From a virus (lineage: Duplodnaviria; Caudoviricetes), in IMG/VR virus record IMGVR_UViG_3300026302_000105, positions 1-50,822 of that record: a stretch of DNA of 50,822 nucleotides; one strand, given 5' to 3'. The notes under the pieces are model-generated. The model had not been told where the DNA came from, searched no databases, and saw only the letters and a program-made list of their open reading frames with translations. The first letter of the stretch is position 1. Every line of letters begins with the position of its first letter. Below are positions 27,661-36,723 of the stretch, in pieces. Both the position numbers and the translations under genes were made by a program.

Positions 27661-29850
27661 TCAGGGTTTCTCGGGCGACTGCGGCGGCTGACCGGCGGTG
27701 TGCGCGGCATCGGCCATCAGATCGACGCCTTTCATGCGCATCTCGTGTTGGCGGTCCTTCTCGGAGTCGACGGCCTCTGCCTGGACCTTCATCTTGTCGA
27801 CCTCCGCCCGGATCTGAGCGACCTGCACCTGCACTGGCGGCCCCTGGTTCGGGGCTTCGGCATCATCCGGCAGCTGCATGATCATCGACTCGAGCGTCCG
27901 GGCCTTCGGGAAGCCACGGATGCCGAACAATAGCAGCTCCTTGACCAGCTTCATTTCGAACATGCCGGTCGAGACCAGTGGAGCCAGGCGCTCGACGAAC
28001 ATGCTGAACGCCTGAATGAACTCCACCCGAAGCTGCTTGTCCTCCATCTCGTCGGCCAGAACCGTCGAATCCGTCTCGATGGAAACCGTGATCTTGCGCC
28101 CGACATCCGAGCGCAGGCGAGCATGCACCAGTTCCCAGGACGTGCCAGGAACCTCCGGCACCTCAGGGGGTTCGGGTGGCGGTGGCAGTTGCAGGCCCGC
28201 CCGCTGGGCCGTCTGATAGTCCTGCGCAACCATCTTGATCTGTTGCTGCACCATGGCAGCCTGCGCTGCGATCATAGCCCGATCCGCCTCGGTCATCGGC
28301 AGATCGAGCCCGGTGATGGATGCCAGTGTTTCGGTGTCGAAGTGCTCGACCCCGATCTCGATCATCAGGCGCAGCATGTCCCTGGCGTAGACGGCGATCT
28401 TGCGCTGCCTGTCCTTGAGCCGCAGCCCAGCGTATCGGCCCTTAAGATTCTGGGCTGTCGCAGTCTCCGTCGGATCGCCCTGGGCCCGCATGATGTCGCT
28501 GACGCCGGACGCCTCGAACATCGCGTTCTTGGCCTGCTCGCGAAGAAGGGCGAGTGCTTGCAGCGCCGCAACCATCTCCTGCAGCGGAAGCCATTGGATC
28601 GCATCCTTGATGCCGCCTTTCTGCATTAGCGACAGCCAGTTGGATACGGGCACCATCTGGCTCTTCCCGCTGAGCAACTGCTTGATCTGATCGGTTATCT
28701 CTCCGGGAAAGAGCCCGGAGACGCTAATGACGTTCAGGATTTCGCGCATCTTCTCGGTGGCGAGGTCGATCTCCTTGGCGCGCTGCTCGTAGTATTTGAC
28801 ATCCGGCCGGGGCGTCATCTGCTCGCCCTTGGTCGTCGCCAGCAGGGGCTTCGGCATCGGGTAGAAGCCCTCAAGCCCCAGCGGATCCGGCTCCTTGTCG
28901 AGGATGTCGTCTTTGAAGTTGGGACTCCACCAGATCACGGTGCCGCTCTCGCGGTTCCAGATCTCCCAGACCACAGCGGTGTCGAACGGGCTGGCACTGA
29001 CCTCGCCGGTTTCGTCCTCCGACCGGTCGAAGGATGTCACGTCGCGGTCATCGTCGCTGATGCCTTTGGCGGTGTCCTGCATGCCCAGCCGGGTGAAGGC
29101 CATGCGAGCGCAGACCTCGCGCCCGAACCGCTTCTCCACCCGACTGCGCGTCATCGGAATCTCAAAGGCCAGCCATGGCAGTTCATCCCACGAATGCCCA
29201 CCGGCCAGCAGCAGCCGCCGCCATTCGGTGCCGCGCGCATAGACCCGCTCACTGGCCTTGGCTGCGACCTTCATGGTCACGCCAGCCTCGTCCTGAATCT
29301 CGACCTCGATGATGTCGGCGGCGTAATAGACCCGTCCGGCCCCGCGCCCGGTGATCAGCCAGTCGTCGCGAACGCGCTCCATCATGTCGTCGAAGCGCTC
29401 GGTATCGAGGATGTAAGCGGCGAGCCGTTGAGCGGCTTCGGCCGCCTGGAGGTCGGTCTCGTCGCTCTTGCCGTCGCCTCGCCAGCGGCGGCGAACCACC
29501 GGCTGCGGTGTTTCCGAATAGAGCATGGGCTTGAGGGTGTCGATGTTGGCGTGGATCAACGCGGTCTTGTCGGTGATCCTGTCCTCGGGCTTCCCATTCG
29601 CACCCGGGTCCGTGTCCTCGCCGAAATAGAGGGTGTCGGCCTCCAGCGCCTCGACGCGCCAGCGTCGCTCATGGGCCAGCGCCGCAGTGATCTGCTTGTG
29701 CCAGAAGATCCAGTTCTCGTCCGGCCCGCGCTCCGATGCCTCCGTGTCGCTTTCCGGCAGGTAATCGCTCTCCGGCCCGCGCACGGGCTCATGCGGTTCC
29801 GCGTCGGACCCGTCTTGCCCTATCGTGGTGGCCGGCACGATCTCGCGCAT
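27661..29850 (-). CDS. Portal protein
   Basis: 729 aa directly after TerL; VWEIW, DPLGLEGFYP.P, G.SDIMR...ETATAQ motifs. Confidence 0.88.
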   Translation of the reverse strand: MREIVPATTIGQDGSDAEPHEPVRGPESDYLPESDTEASERGPDENWIFWHKQITAALAHERRWRVEALEADTLYFGEDTDPGANGKPEDRITDKTALIHANIDTLKPMLYSETPQPVVRRRWRGDGKSDETDLQAAEAAQRLAAYILDTERFDDMMERVRDDWLITGRGAGRVYYAADIIEVEIQDEAGVTMKVAAKASERVYARGTEWRRLLLAGGHSWDELPWLAFEIPMTRSRVEKRFGREVCARMAFTRLGMQDTAKGISDDDRDVTSFDRSEDETGEVSASPFDTAVVWEIWNRESGTVIWWSPNFKDDILDKEPDPLGLEGFYPMPKPLLATTKGEQMTPRPDVKYYEQRAKEIDLATEKMREILNVISVSGLFPGEITDQIKQLLSGKSQMVPVSNWLSLMQKGGIKDAIQWLPLQEMVAALQALALLREQAKNAMFEASGVSDIMRAQGDPTETATAQNLKGRYAGLRLKDRQRKIAVYARDMLRLMIEIGVEHFDTETLASITGLDLPMTEADRAMIAAQAAMVQQQIKMVAQDYQTAQRAGLQLPPPPEPPEVPEVPGTSWELVHARLRSDVGRKITVSIETDSTVLADEMEDKQLRVEFIQAFSMFVERLAPLVSTGMFEMKLVKELLLFGIRGFPKARTLESMIMQLPDDAEAPNQGPPVQVQVAQIRAEVDKMKVQAEAVDSEKDRQHEMRMKGVDLMADAAHTAGQPPQSPEKP

Positions 29851-31403
29851 CAGTCGCGCCTCCTGCTCATCTGAAGCTCATGGGCAGACCATAGGTCGTC
29901 GAGGGTCTGCTCGTGCGGCGTTTTCGGGGGCGGGGCCGTGCCCTGAATGATCCGGTCGATACCGCGGGCAAAGAGCGAGGCGGTGTCCACAGTGTCGTCG
30001 TGCTTGCCACCCGGGAATTGCAGCAACTCCGTCACGAAGGCATCGAGCGCCGCCACCTGGTCCGCATTCAACGTCTCGCGGCGCGGCAGGAACATCTTGC
30101 CCATGGCGGCCATGCCGAGAAGCACCTGCGCCTTGGCCTCCTTCTTGGGCGAGGAGGTGATCTGCACGCGGTCGATGTAGAGCCGTTCGCGCTGCAAGGT
30201 TTGATTCAGGAAAGGGCCCACGGACTTGATGATCTGGCCGCTCTCCTCGAACCACCTGGTCGGCTTCCATTTCCGCATCAGCCGCACGAGCTCGGACGCC
30301 CACCGTTCCGCCGTGAACCGCCCGCGCCAGATGTCCATGAGGTAGAAATTCCAGTCGTCGTCGACGGCCCAGACCATGTGCACGGTGAAGTCGGGATCGC
30401 GCGCACCGGCCTCGGCCGTGACCGCGTAATCGCTCGACCCGTAGAAGGCGAGGCGCGTGAGATCGAGAGACGGGCCCCAGGTCTGCTCGACATGCGCGGC
30501 GGAGAACATCAGGCCTGTTTCTGGCGTCGGGCGCTGCTGGTAGAGGGCCGACCAGTTGAAGCCGCCGCGGATGCGCTCCGGTCCCAGCTGCTCCTCTCCG
30601 AATTCCTCCGGCCAGAGCCATTCGCCGATCTTGCGGCCCAGCGGGTCGTCCTCGCGGTTCGCCATTGCTGGGAGGCAGAGCACATACCAAGGCTCGCCAG
30701 TCTCCCGGTCCCGGATCCACCCGCTCTCCCCGTCCCAATTCTCCGGCAGGATGCGGCCCGCAGGATCATCCATATGCCAGCGGGTAAAGGTCATCAGCTG
30801 CTTGCGGCGGCCCTGAAGGCGGGTGCGCATGTCGGTGATGTAGTTGTTCCAGACCTTGTTGCGCTGCTCCGGCGACATCGCCATCTCGCGGCCCTTCACG
30901 ATGTCATCCATGAACAGCCAGTCGGCCGGGCGGCCGTGGGTGTTGCCTGCCATCGAGCCGAAGCCGTTCAGCTCGCCGCCGGCCGTGGTCTTCCAGCGCC
31001 CCTTGGCCTGGGAATCCGGGGCCAGCTCGACGCTATCGAATGGCCATTCCGGCATCCGCAGGTAATTCCTGATGGCGCCGCCGATCTCCTCGGAATACTC
31101 GCCGGTGTGCGTCACGATCATCTCGTAGGCCTTGGGGTGGCGGCCGAGGATCCAGGCGGGGAAGAGCTTTGAGACGGTCAGCGTTTTCGCGTGCCGCGGG
31201 GGCTCGAACAGCATCGCCCGATCGATCTTGTCCTCCTCCATCGCCTGACACAGAGCGGCGACCTTGCGGATATGCCGCGGCGGCAGAAACCCGGTCATGC
31301 GCATGTAGAAGGCCAGGAAACTCTCCCTGGCCCGGCGCCTGTCGATCTCGTCCTCGATCCGCAGCAGTTCCAGCTGCTCGTCTCTGGTCAGGGGTTTCGT
31401 CAT
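29850..31403 (-). CDS. terL: Terminase large subunit
   Basis: PPRHAKT Walker A, LFMDD Walker B, TRWHMDD, ALYQQRP, FPGGKHDDTVD; start MTKPLT. Confidence 0.95.
   Translation of the reverse strand: MTKPLTRDEQLELLRIEDEIDRRRARESFLAFYMRMTGFLPPRHIRKVAALCQAMEEDKIDRAMLFEPPRHAKTLTVSKLFPAWILGRHPKAYEMIVTHTGEYSEEIGGAIRNYLRMPEWPFDSVELAPDSQAKGRWKTTAGGELNGFGSMAGNTHGRPADWLFMDDIVKGREMAMSPEQRNKVWNNYITDMRTRLQGRRKQLMTFTRWHMDDPAGRILPENWDGESGWIRDRETGEPWYVLCLPAMANREDDPLGRKIGEWLWPEEFGEEQLGPERIRGGFNWSALYQQRPTPETGLMFSAAHVEQTWGPSLDLTRLAFYGSSDYAVTAEAGARDPDFTVHMVWAVDDDWNFYLMDIWRGRFTAERWASELVRLMRKWKPTRWFEESGQIIKSVGPFLNQTLQRERLYIDRVQITSSPKKEAKAQVLLGMAAMGKMFLPRRETLNADQVAALDAFVTELLQFPGGKHDDTVDTASLFARGIDRIIQGTAPPPKTPHEQTLDDLWSAHELQMSRRRD
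29888..29923 (-). promoter_or_regulatory. Possible late promoter E (degenerate)
   Basis: AAACGCCGCACG-N18-TATGGT, 62 bp upstream of the portal start. Confidence 0.45.
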
Positions 31404-31417
31404 CGCCGCGCCCTCGG

Positions 31418-31639
31418 TCAGCTGTGGGGCCGCCTCCCCTCTTCCGCCCATATCGCCCGGCGCTTCCATGCCGCCAGGTTCTTGATCTGGATGGCCATGA
31501 CACCCATGACCGGACAACCCGCCATCTCGGCGACCTCGGCCGCATGGACCCGCACCGCTTCGTTGACCTCAGCCACGCTGCGAGCTCCGCGCAGCGCATC
31601 CTTGATGGCTTCGACCCTGGCGACTTGCTCCGCGGTCAT
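31418..31639 (-). CDS. Hypothetical protein
   Basis: ATGA-coupled 73-aa ORF between terS and terL. Confidence 0.65.
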   Translation of the reverse strand: MTAEQVARVEAIKDALRGARSVAEVNEAVRVHAAEVAEMAGCPVMGVMAIQIKNLAAWKRRAIWAEEGRRPHS

Positions 31640-31869
31640 GGCCGATCACCGAGCGGCCCACTGCCATGCAGCACGCCGTCGATGGTCAGGCCGGGCAGGC
31701 GCGCGAGGTTGTCGTTGACCACCTGCTCAGGATCGGACCCATGCAGCGTGATGCAGTAGCGCCCGCCGTCCGGGCCGGTGTAGCTGCAAGCCCAGGGCGT
31801 CAGGGGGCCGATGGCGAGCGGGCTGCGGTCCTCGGCAGCGATGCGGCGCAGGGCGGCGAAGTCGTTCAT
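31636..31869 (-). CDS. Hypothetical protein
   Basis: Start MNDFAAL, ATGA-coupled. Confidence 0.6.
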   Translation of the reverse strand: MNDFAALRRIAAEDRSPLAIGPLTPWACSYTGPDGGRYCITLHGSDPEQVVNDNLARLPGLTIDGVLHGSGPLGDRP

Positions 31870-32150
31870 GGGCTCACCGCATCGACGTAACGCCAGTTGC
31901 CCGGCAACTCGCAGCGCAGCACCGCCGATCCGCGAAAACCACACGGGCGTCGCCCCATGATCACCTGGGTGTCGCCTTGGCGCGACGTGAAGAGAATCGC
32001 ACCGCCGATGAAACGATCAGCCTCCACTAATTCGCAGAAGGTCGCGAAATCCGGCATCTCCGTTTCAATGATCTGGAACCGCGGTGCGCGCGCATGCCCA
32101 TCCTCGCTTTCCCTTTCGAACCACACCTTCACGATAGTCCCTGCCATCAT
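31866..32150 (-). CDS. Hypothetical protein
   Basis: Coupled to terS stop; GAGGAAGG RBS. Confidence 0.7.
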   Translation of the reverse strand: MMAGTIVKVWFERESEDGHARAPRFQIIETEMPDFATFCELVEADRFIGGAILFTSRQGDTQVIMGRRPCGFRGSAVLRCELPGNWRYVDAVSP

Positions 32151-32704
32151 CCTTCCTCTGCCTTGCGACGCGCCACCAGCGCAGCACGACGCTCCGCCAG
32201 CTCATCGTCCGTGAGATCCGTGAATGTCTGCACCCCGATGGGCCCGCCGTCCTTCCCGGTCAGTTCACGCTTGTCGACCAGCCCGAGCTTCCGTGCCACG
32301 ATGGCGGGATTGAGGAGCCCGGCGGCCGCACCTTCCAGCTGCTGCGAGGCAATGATCTCTTCGACCGCCTCGATTGTCTCGGCGAGGTCCGCCCGCTCGC
32401 TCCGCCAGTCCCTCCACGCCCGGCTGGTGACGCCGATGAAGATCGACAGCGCCTCGATGCTCATCACTCGCATCTTGCTGACCTCCGTGTGAACCGGCTT
32501 CCCCTCGTACTGAAATGCCTTGGCCTCTTTCAGCGGGTTGCCCTCGCACCATTCGAAGTACTCGAAGCAGGCATCCCAGAGATCCTGGGCGGTCTCGAAC
32601 TTGCGCGGCGGGCCGGTGAAGGCCTTGCGCCTGCGCCACAGCTGGTTGCCGGTCGGAAAGCGCGTTTCATGCGACGGGTTCCAGTCGTCGGTGGCGTCGA
32701 TCAT
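32147..32704 (-). CDS. terS: Terminase small subunit (P22 gp3-like)
   Basis: GNQLW...KFET..DLWDAC.EYFEW...NPL...MRVMSI...GAAAGLLNPAIVARKLGL. Confidence 0.9.
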   Translation of the reverse strand: MIDATDDWNPSHETRFPTGNQLWRRRKAFTGPPRKFETAQDLWDACFEYFEWCEGNPLKEAKAFQYEGKPVHTEVSKMRVMSIEALSIFIGVTSRAWRDWRSERADLAETIEAVEEIIASQQLEGAAAGLLNPAIVARKLGLVDKRELTGKDGGPIGVQTFTDLTDDELAERRAALVARRKAEEG

Positions 32705-33564
32705 CCCAGAACCTCCTCTCCACGCGGGGACAGGCCCCAGCCCTTGATCTCCTGCGGGGCGACCAGGCCCTTGCTTTTCAGCGATGCCAGGATCGTTCCG
32801 GCCACTGCATCGGAATTTCCGAGCGACGAGCTGACGGCGTTGCGGATCGCGCGGGTGATGCTTGTGTCGTGGTCGCGGTCTCGGATGGCGATCAGCGCCC
32901 GCCATTCCGAGGGCGTCACGATGCCCCGGATGATGCCCATGGGCCCTGCCGGCGCCTCGGTCCTGGTGGCGATGTATGTCCAGCCCGTCGCGGCCGCGGT
33001 GCGGAACCGATGCGATGTCGGGATCACGCAGCGCGCCTCCTGCAGGATCGTCACCACCTCAGCCACGTCGTTGAGATCCGGGCTCTCCGTCCGATCTGAG
33101 GCCAGCGTGCCGATGTGGTAGATGCAGGCATCCCGAGGCGATGCGTCCTGCACCCAGCGCCCCAGGCTCTCGATGTCCCAGACGGTCTTGCGAACTGGGG
33201 GCCCGCCAGTCACATCGGCCCTGCGAAGATTTCTTCGCGGCGTATCGTCGCCGCGTCGGATCAGCGCCATGGCCTCGGAATTCCTTACAGAAATTGTCGT
33301 CAGGCCCGTATCGACCCGGCGCGCAATAAGCCCGCGCCCCTCGATCAGCGCCAGGAACCGCTGCACACGCGCCGCGGTCCACCCGAACTCGGAGGCCATG
33401 GATCGCACGGAGGCGGTGAATTCGCCCGGCGCGTGCATCCGACCGTGGATAACCGTCCCACCGTGGCTGCACCGATGGATGATCCAGAGCCACGCCTCGC
33501 GCTGGCTCATAGGCTCGGGCCGAAAGATGGGGGTATCCCAGATGTTGCGCATGGTGGCTGTCAT
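32701..33564 (-). CDS. Winged-HTH protein (initiator-like N-terminus); candidate late regulator
   Basis: EAWLW...SVRSMASEFGW...VQRFL..I N-terminal wHTH, C-terminal wHTH-like end; immediately upstream of terS. Confidence 0.6.
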   Translation of the reverse strand: MTATMRNIWDTPIFRPEPMSQREAWLWIIHRCSHGGTVIHGRMHAPGEFTASVRSMASEFGWTAARVQRFLALIEGRGLIARRVDTGLTTISVRNSEAMALIRRGDDTPRRNLRRADVTGGPPVRKTVWDIESLGRWVQDASPRDACIYHIGTLASDRTESPDLNDVAEVVTILQEARCVIPTSHRFRTAAATGWTYIATRTEAPAGPMGIIRGIVTPSEWRALIAIRDRDHDTSITRAIRNAVSSSLGNSDAVAGTILASLKSKGLVAPQEIKGWGLSPRGEEVLG

Positions 33565-33800
33565 CCCCGGTCATGCCTCTTACTGGCCTGCCGCAGCACA
33601 GGGTCCTCGCGCCATTGCCGGGCGCAGCGGATGGCGCCGACACGCGGGGCGGTGGCCTGCCGGTCGTCGCGGGGCAGATCGCCCAGCCTCGGCGGCGGGG
33701 CAGCGGCCGATACCGGGCGGGCCGGGTTGGCGTCCCCGCAGCCGCTGACGCTGATCTGGGGGACGGTGATCGTGGTCTTGTTGATCGATGGTCGGGTCAT
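33561..33800 (-). CDS. Hypothetical protein
   Basis: ATGA-coupled on both sides. Confidence 0.5.
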   Translation of the reverse strand: MTRPSINKTTITVPQISVSGCGDANPARPVSAAAPPPRLGDLPRDDRQATAPRVGAIRCARQWREDPVLRQASKRHDRG

Positions 33801-34066
33801 GGCGCTATCCCCTTCCTGATGTACTCGGCCAGCTCGTCAGCGAAAGCCGGCCCGCAGCGTTCCACGGCCCAGGCTCTGGCGGCCTTCGCGATGGCTTCGC
33901 GGTCCGAGGCTCGGATGTCGTCGAGCTGGTCGCGATTGAACAGCGGGCCGATCTGGGTTGGTTCCGGGCGCGGCTGGCCGATCTGTAGCGTGGACCGCTG
34001 GCTCCTGGTCGGGTCGGGGCCGAGACCGCCGACAGGGATGATGCGGCCAACAGTGTAATCGCTCAT
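33797..34066 (-). CDS. Hypothetical protein
   Basis: Start MSDYTVG, ATGA-coupled. Confidence 0.55.
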   Translation of the reverse strand: MSDYTVGRIIPVGGLGPDPTRSQRSTLQIGQPRPEPTQIGPLFNRDQLDDIRASDREAIAKAARAWAVERCGPAFADELAEYIRKGIAP

Positions 34067-34449
34067 GCCAGCGTCCCCCGGTAGGCATGGAGGATGGCGA
34101 GGAGCCATGCTCGGGCCTCAATCTCTGTGTCGCCCACGCCGACAATCGGGCCAGAGGGCGACCAGATCGAAACCCTGATGCCGCATTCTGGCGCGGTTGC
34201 ATCAACGTCGCGGGTGTATCCCGGCAGCAGCGCACCATGAAGCGCCTTGGCTGCGTCGAGGGAGCCGTGGTAGGCGGCGATGATCGTGTGGAGGGTCATC
34301 GCTTCTCCGTCGAAAATCTCGACCGGAAAGGCTCTGGAATTGACTCCGAGGTCTTGAAGCACCAGCCTCCCGGCTTCGATTAGCCCGACGAGGTTTTCCA
34401 GCGCCTCGGCCTGCCTCGGGCCTCCGTGGATGCGGATCACGCCGCTCAT
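34063..34449 (-). CDS. Hypothetical protein (SLDAA...ARAWLLAIL, ABA-sandwich-like)
   Basis: Start MSGVIRI, TGATG-coupled with GGAGG RBS. Confidence 0.65.
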   Translation of the reverse strand: MSGVIRIHGGPRQAEALENLVGLIEAGRLVLQDLGVNSRAFPVEIFDGEAMTLHTIIAAYHGSLDAAKALHGALLPGYTRDVDATAPECGIRVSIWSPSGPIVGVGDTEIEARAWLLAILHAYRGTLA

Positions 34450-34772
34450 CACATCACCTCCAGCGGCCCGGCAGGCTCTACGCGCTTCGGCGCCACCACG
34501 GGCAGGCTTTCCGCCCGGTCGATCATCTCGCGCAGGGCCTTGGGGCGGCGGATGCGGTAGCGAATGATACGGGTCGCATATTTGTTGAAGCCTGGGACAA
34601 GCTTCACGGACCATTGCCAGTCCCATGAGAAGCCTCCTCCAAGTCCTGCTGTCACGACAAATATCTCGCGACTCCCATCCGAGTGGACATCCTCGACCAT
34701 GACTACGGTTCCGACTGGCACCGGCAGCCCCTTGCCGTCATGCTTGACCCACGGCCCCCACTCGTCGCTCAT
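34449..34772 (-). CDS. Hypothetical phage protein (WGPW.HDG..P...IIRYRIR)
   Basis: Coupled ORF with a recurrent phage motif. Confidence 0.75.
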   Translation of the reverse strand: MSDEWGPWVKHDGKGLPVPVGTVVMVEDVHSDGSREIFVVTAGLGGGFSWDWQWSVKLVPGFNKYATRIIRYRIRRPKALREMIDRAESLPVVAPKRVEPAGPLEVM

Positions 34773-35233
34773 GCTTCACCCCCGAAACGCTTCGGTTCCG
34801 CGGTGACGAAGCCGCGCTCGGCGCGATCCTCGCCGTAGACCTCGCGGATGATTTCCTGCGCACGGCCGGGCGCCACGGGGGCGCGTGCCGGTTCCTGCGC
34901 CCGCCTCATCGGCACGATGCTGGGCCGCGGGCGCCGATCCATGGCGATGCGGTAGAGCGCCCCGGCATCAGGCTTGATGAGCAACCCGCGCTCGCTGCGC
35001 GGCCCGGTGCGCTGGTACTCGACCCAGGCGGCAAGGAGCTCGTCGTGGCTCAGCGGCGCCAGGGTCTCGACCCATGCCTCACGCTCCATCGCCTCTACGG
35101 CGTCCGGCACGTCCTCGCGCCAGAACTGGTTCAGGATCGCCCGGACACGGACGGCGATCTTGCCGCGATGGGCCTGCTTCTGCTCGCTGGTCAGGGCATA
35201 GTACCCCGCCGGCCTGTCGATCTCGTTCATCAC
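34769..35233 (-). CDS. Replication accessory protein (P/helicase-loader-inhibitor position)
   Basis: Directly after the initiator; W.ETL...AAW.EY helical pattern. Confidence 0.6.
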   Translation of the reverse strand: MMNEIDRPAGYYALTSEQKQAHRGKIAVRVRAILNQFWREDVPDAVEAMEREAWVETLAPLSHDELLAAWVEYQRTGPRSERGLLIKPDAGALYRIAMDRRPRPSIVPMRRAQEPARAPVAPGRAQEIIREVYGEDRAERGFVTAEPKRFGGEA

Positions 35234-36180
35234 CCAAATCCCTTCGCTGTCCCGTGCACTGCGGCATCGACGATGCGCCGCTCTCGCTCCTCAGCCTCGA
35301 TCCTGCGCTGGTCCCGCTGATCGTAGGCTGGCCGCCCCGTTTGCTGCGGCGAACCGCCGTTTTGAGGCCGGACTGGAACGACTGCGGGTGCCGAGAGCGC
35401 GCCGCTGAGCTCCTGCATGGCCCTGGTGAAATACCGGAACGTGCTGGGCGGCGACCTGCCCGCGCTGATCCGCTTGACCTCGGCGACGATCACCTCCTCG
35501 GTCATGCCGGGCAGATCGAGCCATCGGCTTGCCTCGGCCATGTCAGCTTGCGTCCCGACCACCCGGCACGATGGCCCGGTGATGCCGGTGACCGGATTGC
35601 CGCCCATGGCCTCGATGATGCGCTCTCGGAAGGTCAGCGCCCCCGGCGGCTCGCGCTCGGACGCGCGCGTATCAGCATCACCATCTAATGTTGGGTTGTT
35701 GGGTTGTTGGGAAGGATAGTACCGCGGATCATCCGTTGGATTATCCGCGGATTGATGTGGTTTGTTATTTTTCAACTGCTTATCGGATTTTTCGCCGTTT
35801 TCGTCGGATCGCTCGTTGCTTCCCTGAGGTTTTGCATAAGCACCTCTTTTTCTGTCAGACTGCTTTTGCACCTCAGTCTCGACGTACTCGGCCTCCTGTC
35901 TCAGACGCTTCGACACGAGGACATCACCCTCCGCCTTGAGGAAGTCGCGAAGCACGGGGCCAACCCTGGATTTCCATAGGCGCAGCGAGACACGGCACAC
36001 CCGAGCTAGGCGCGTGTCGTCGTTCGGGAAGTCGCAGGACTCGCGCGTCCACATCGCCATGAGCAGCAGCATGTACGCACCGATCTCATCCGCTTCGAGG
36101 TGTTGCGTGTCGCGCTGGAACGCATCGACCCACAAGGGGCACGGTCTCTTGGCGCGTGAGGCTTTGGCATTGAAGGCCAT
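35230..36180 (-). CDS. Replication initiator, DUF1376/YdaU family
   Basis: DAFQRDTQHLEADEIGAYMLLLMAMW...DDTRLAR...SKRLRQE. Confidence 0.88.
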   Translation of the reverse strand: MAFNAKASRAKRPCPLWVDAFQRDTQHLEADEIGAYMLLLMAMWTRESCDFPNDDTRLARVCRVSLRLWKSRVGPVLRDFLKAEGDVLVSKRLRQEAEYVETEVQKQSDRKRGAYAKPQGSNERSDENGEKSDKQLKNNKPHQSADNPTDDPRYYPSQQPNNPTLDGDADTRASEREPPGALTFRERIIEAMGGNPVTGITGPSCRVVGTQADMAEASRWLDLPGMTEEVIVAEVKRISAGRSPPSTFRYFTRAMQELSGALSAPAVVPVRPQNGGSPQQTGRPAYDQRDQRRIEAEERERRIVDAAVHGTAKGFG

Positions 36181-36722
36181 CAGAAATCACCCCGCTCGTG
36201 CTTCCGCCAGCATACGCCGCAGAAATACTTGAACCGCTGGGGGTCGCTGTAAGGGATCTTGCTCCACGCGATGCTGACGGCATCGAGACAGGCTTCTTTC
36301 CCGATCTCCCGGACAAACCTTCGAGCGCTCTGGATGCGCGTGATCGACGTGCCTTTGGATGATCCCGGGATCAGGGCATCAAGAACCTGCCAGGCGTCGT
36401 CCTCTATTCGATCCCGAATCGCCTGCATGATTGCCGCGTACCCTTGCAGCTGCGCTTCACGCTCAGCCGCTTCGACCGCACGGTCTTCGAGGCTCTTGGG
36501 CGCTGAGGAAAGCAGGCGCGCGCCTTTTCCGAGATTGCAATGCTCACAGGCGGTTACGAGGTTGTCCTCGTCATTCGTGCCGCCCTTCGCGACGGGATGG
36601 ATGTGGTCGACATGAAGGATTACCGCGGGCGGATGAGCGCCGCAGTATTGGCAGGTGAACTTGTCCCGCTTGAACACCTCGAACCTGGTGGTCTTCGATA
36701 TTCCGATCCTGCGTCCCGACAC
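36180..36722 (-). CDS. HNH endonuclease
   Basis: RFEVFKRDKFTCQYCG...VDHIHP...GG.N...NLVTACEHCNLGK; GTG start inferred. Confidence 0.92.
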   Translation of the reverse strand: MSGRRIGISKTTRFEVFKRDKFTCQYCGAHPPAVILHVDHIHPVAKGGTNDEDNLVTACEHCNLGKGARLLSSAPKSLEDRAVEAAEREAQLQGYAAIMQAIRDRIEDDAWQVLDALIPGSSKGTSITRIQSARRFVREIGKEACLDAVSIAWSKIPYSDPQRFKYFCGVCWRKHERGDF

Positions 36723-36723
36723 C

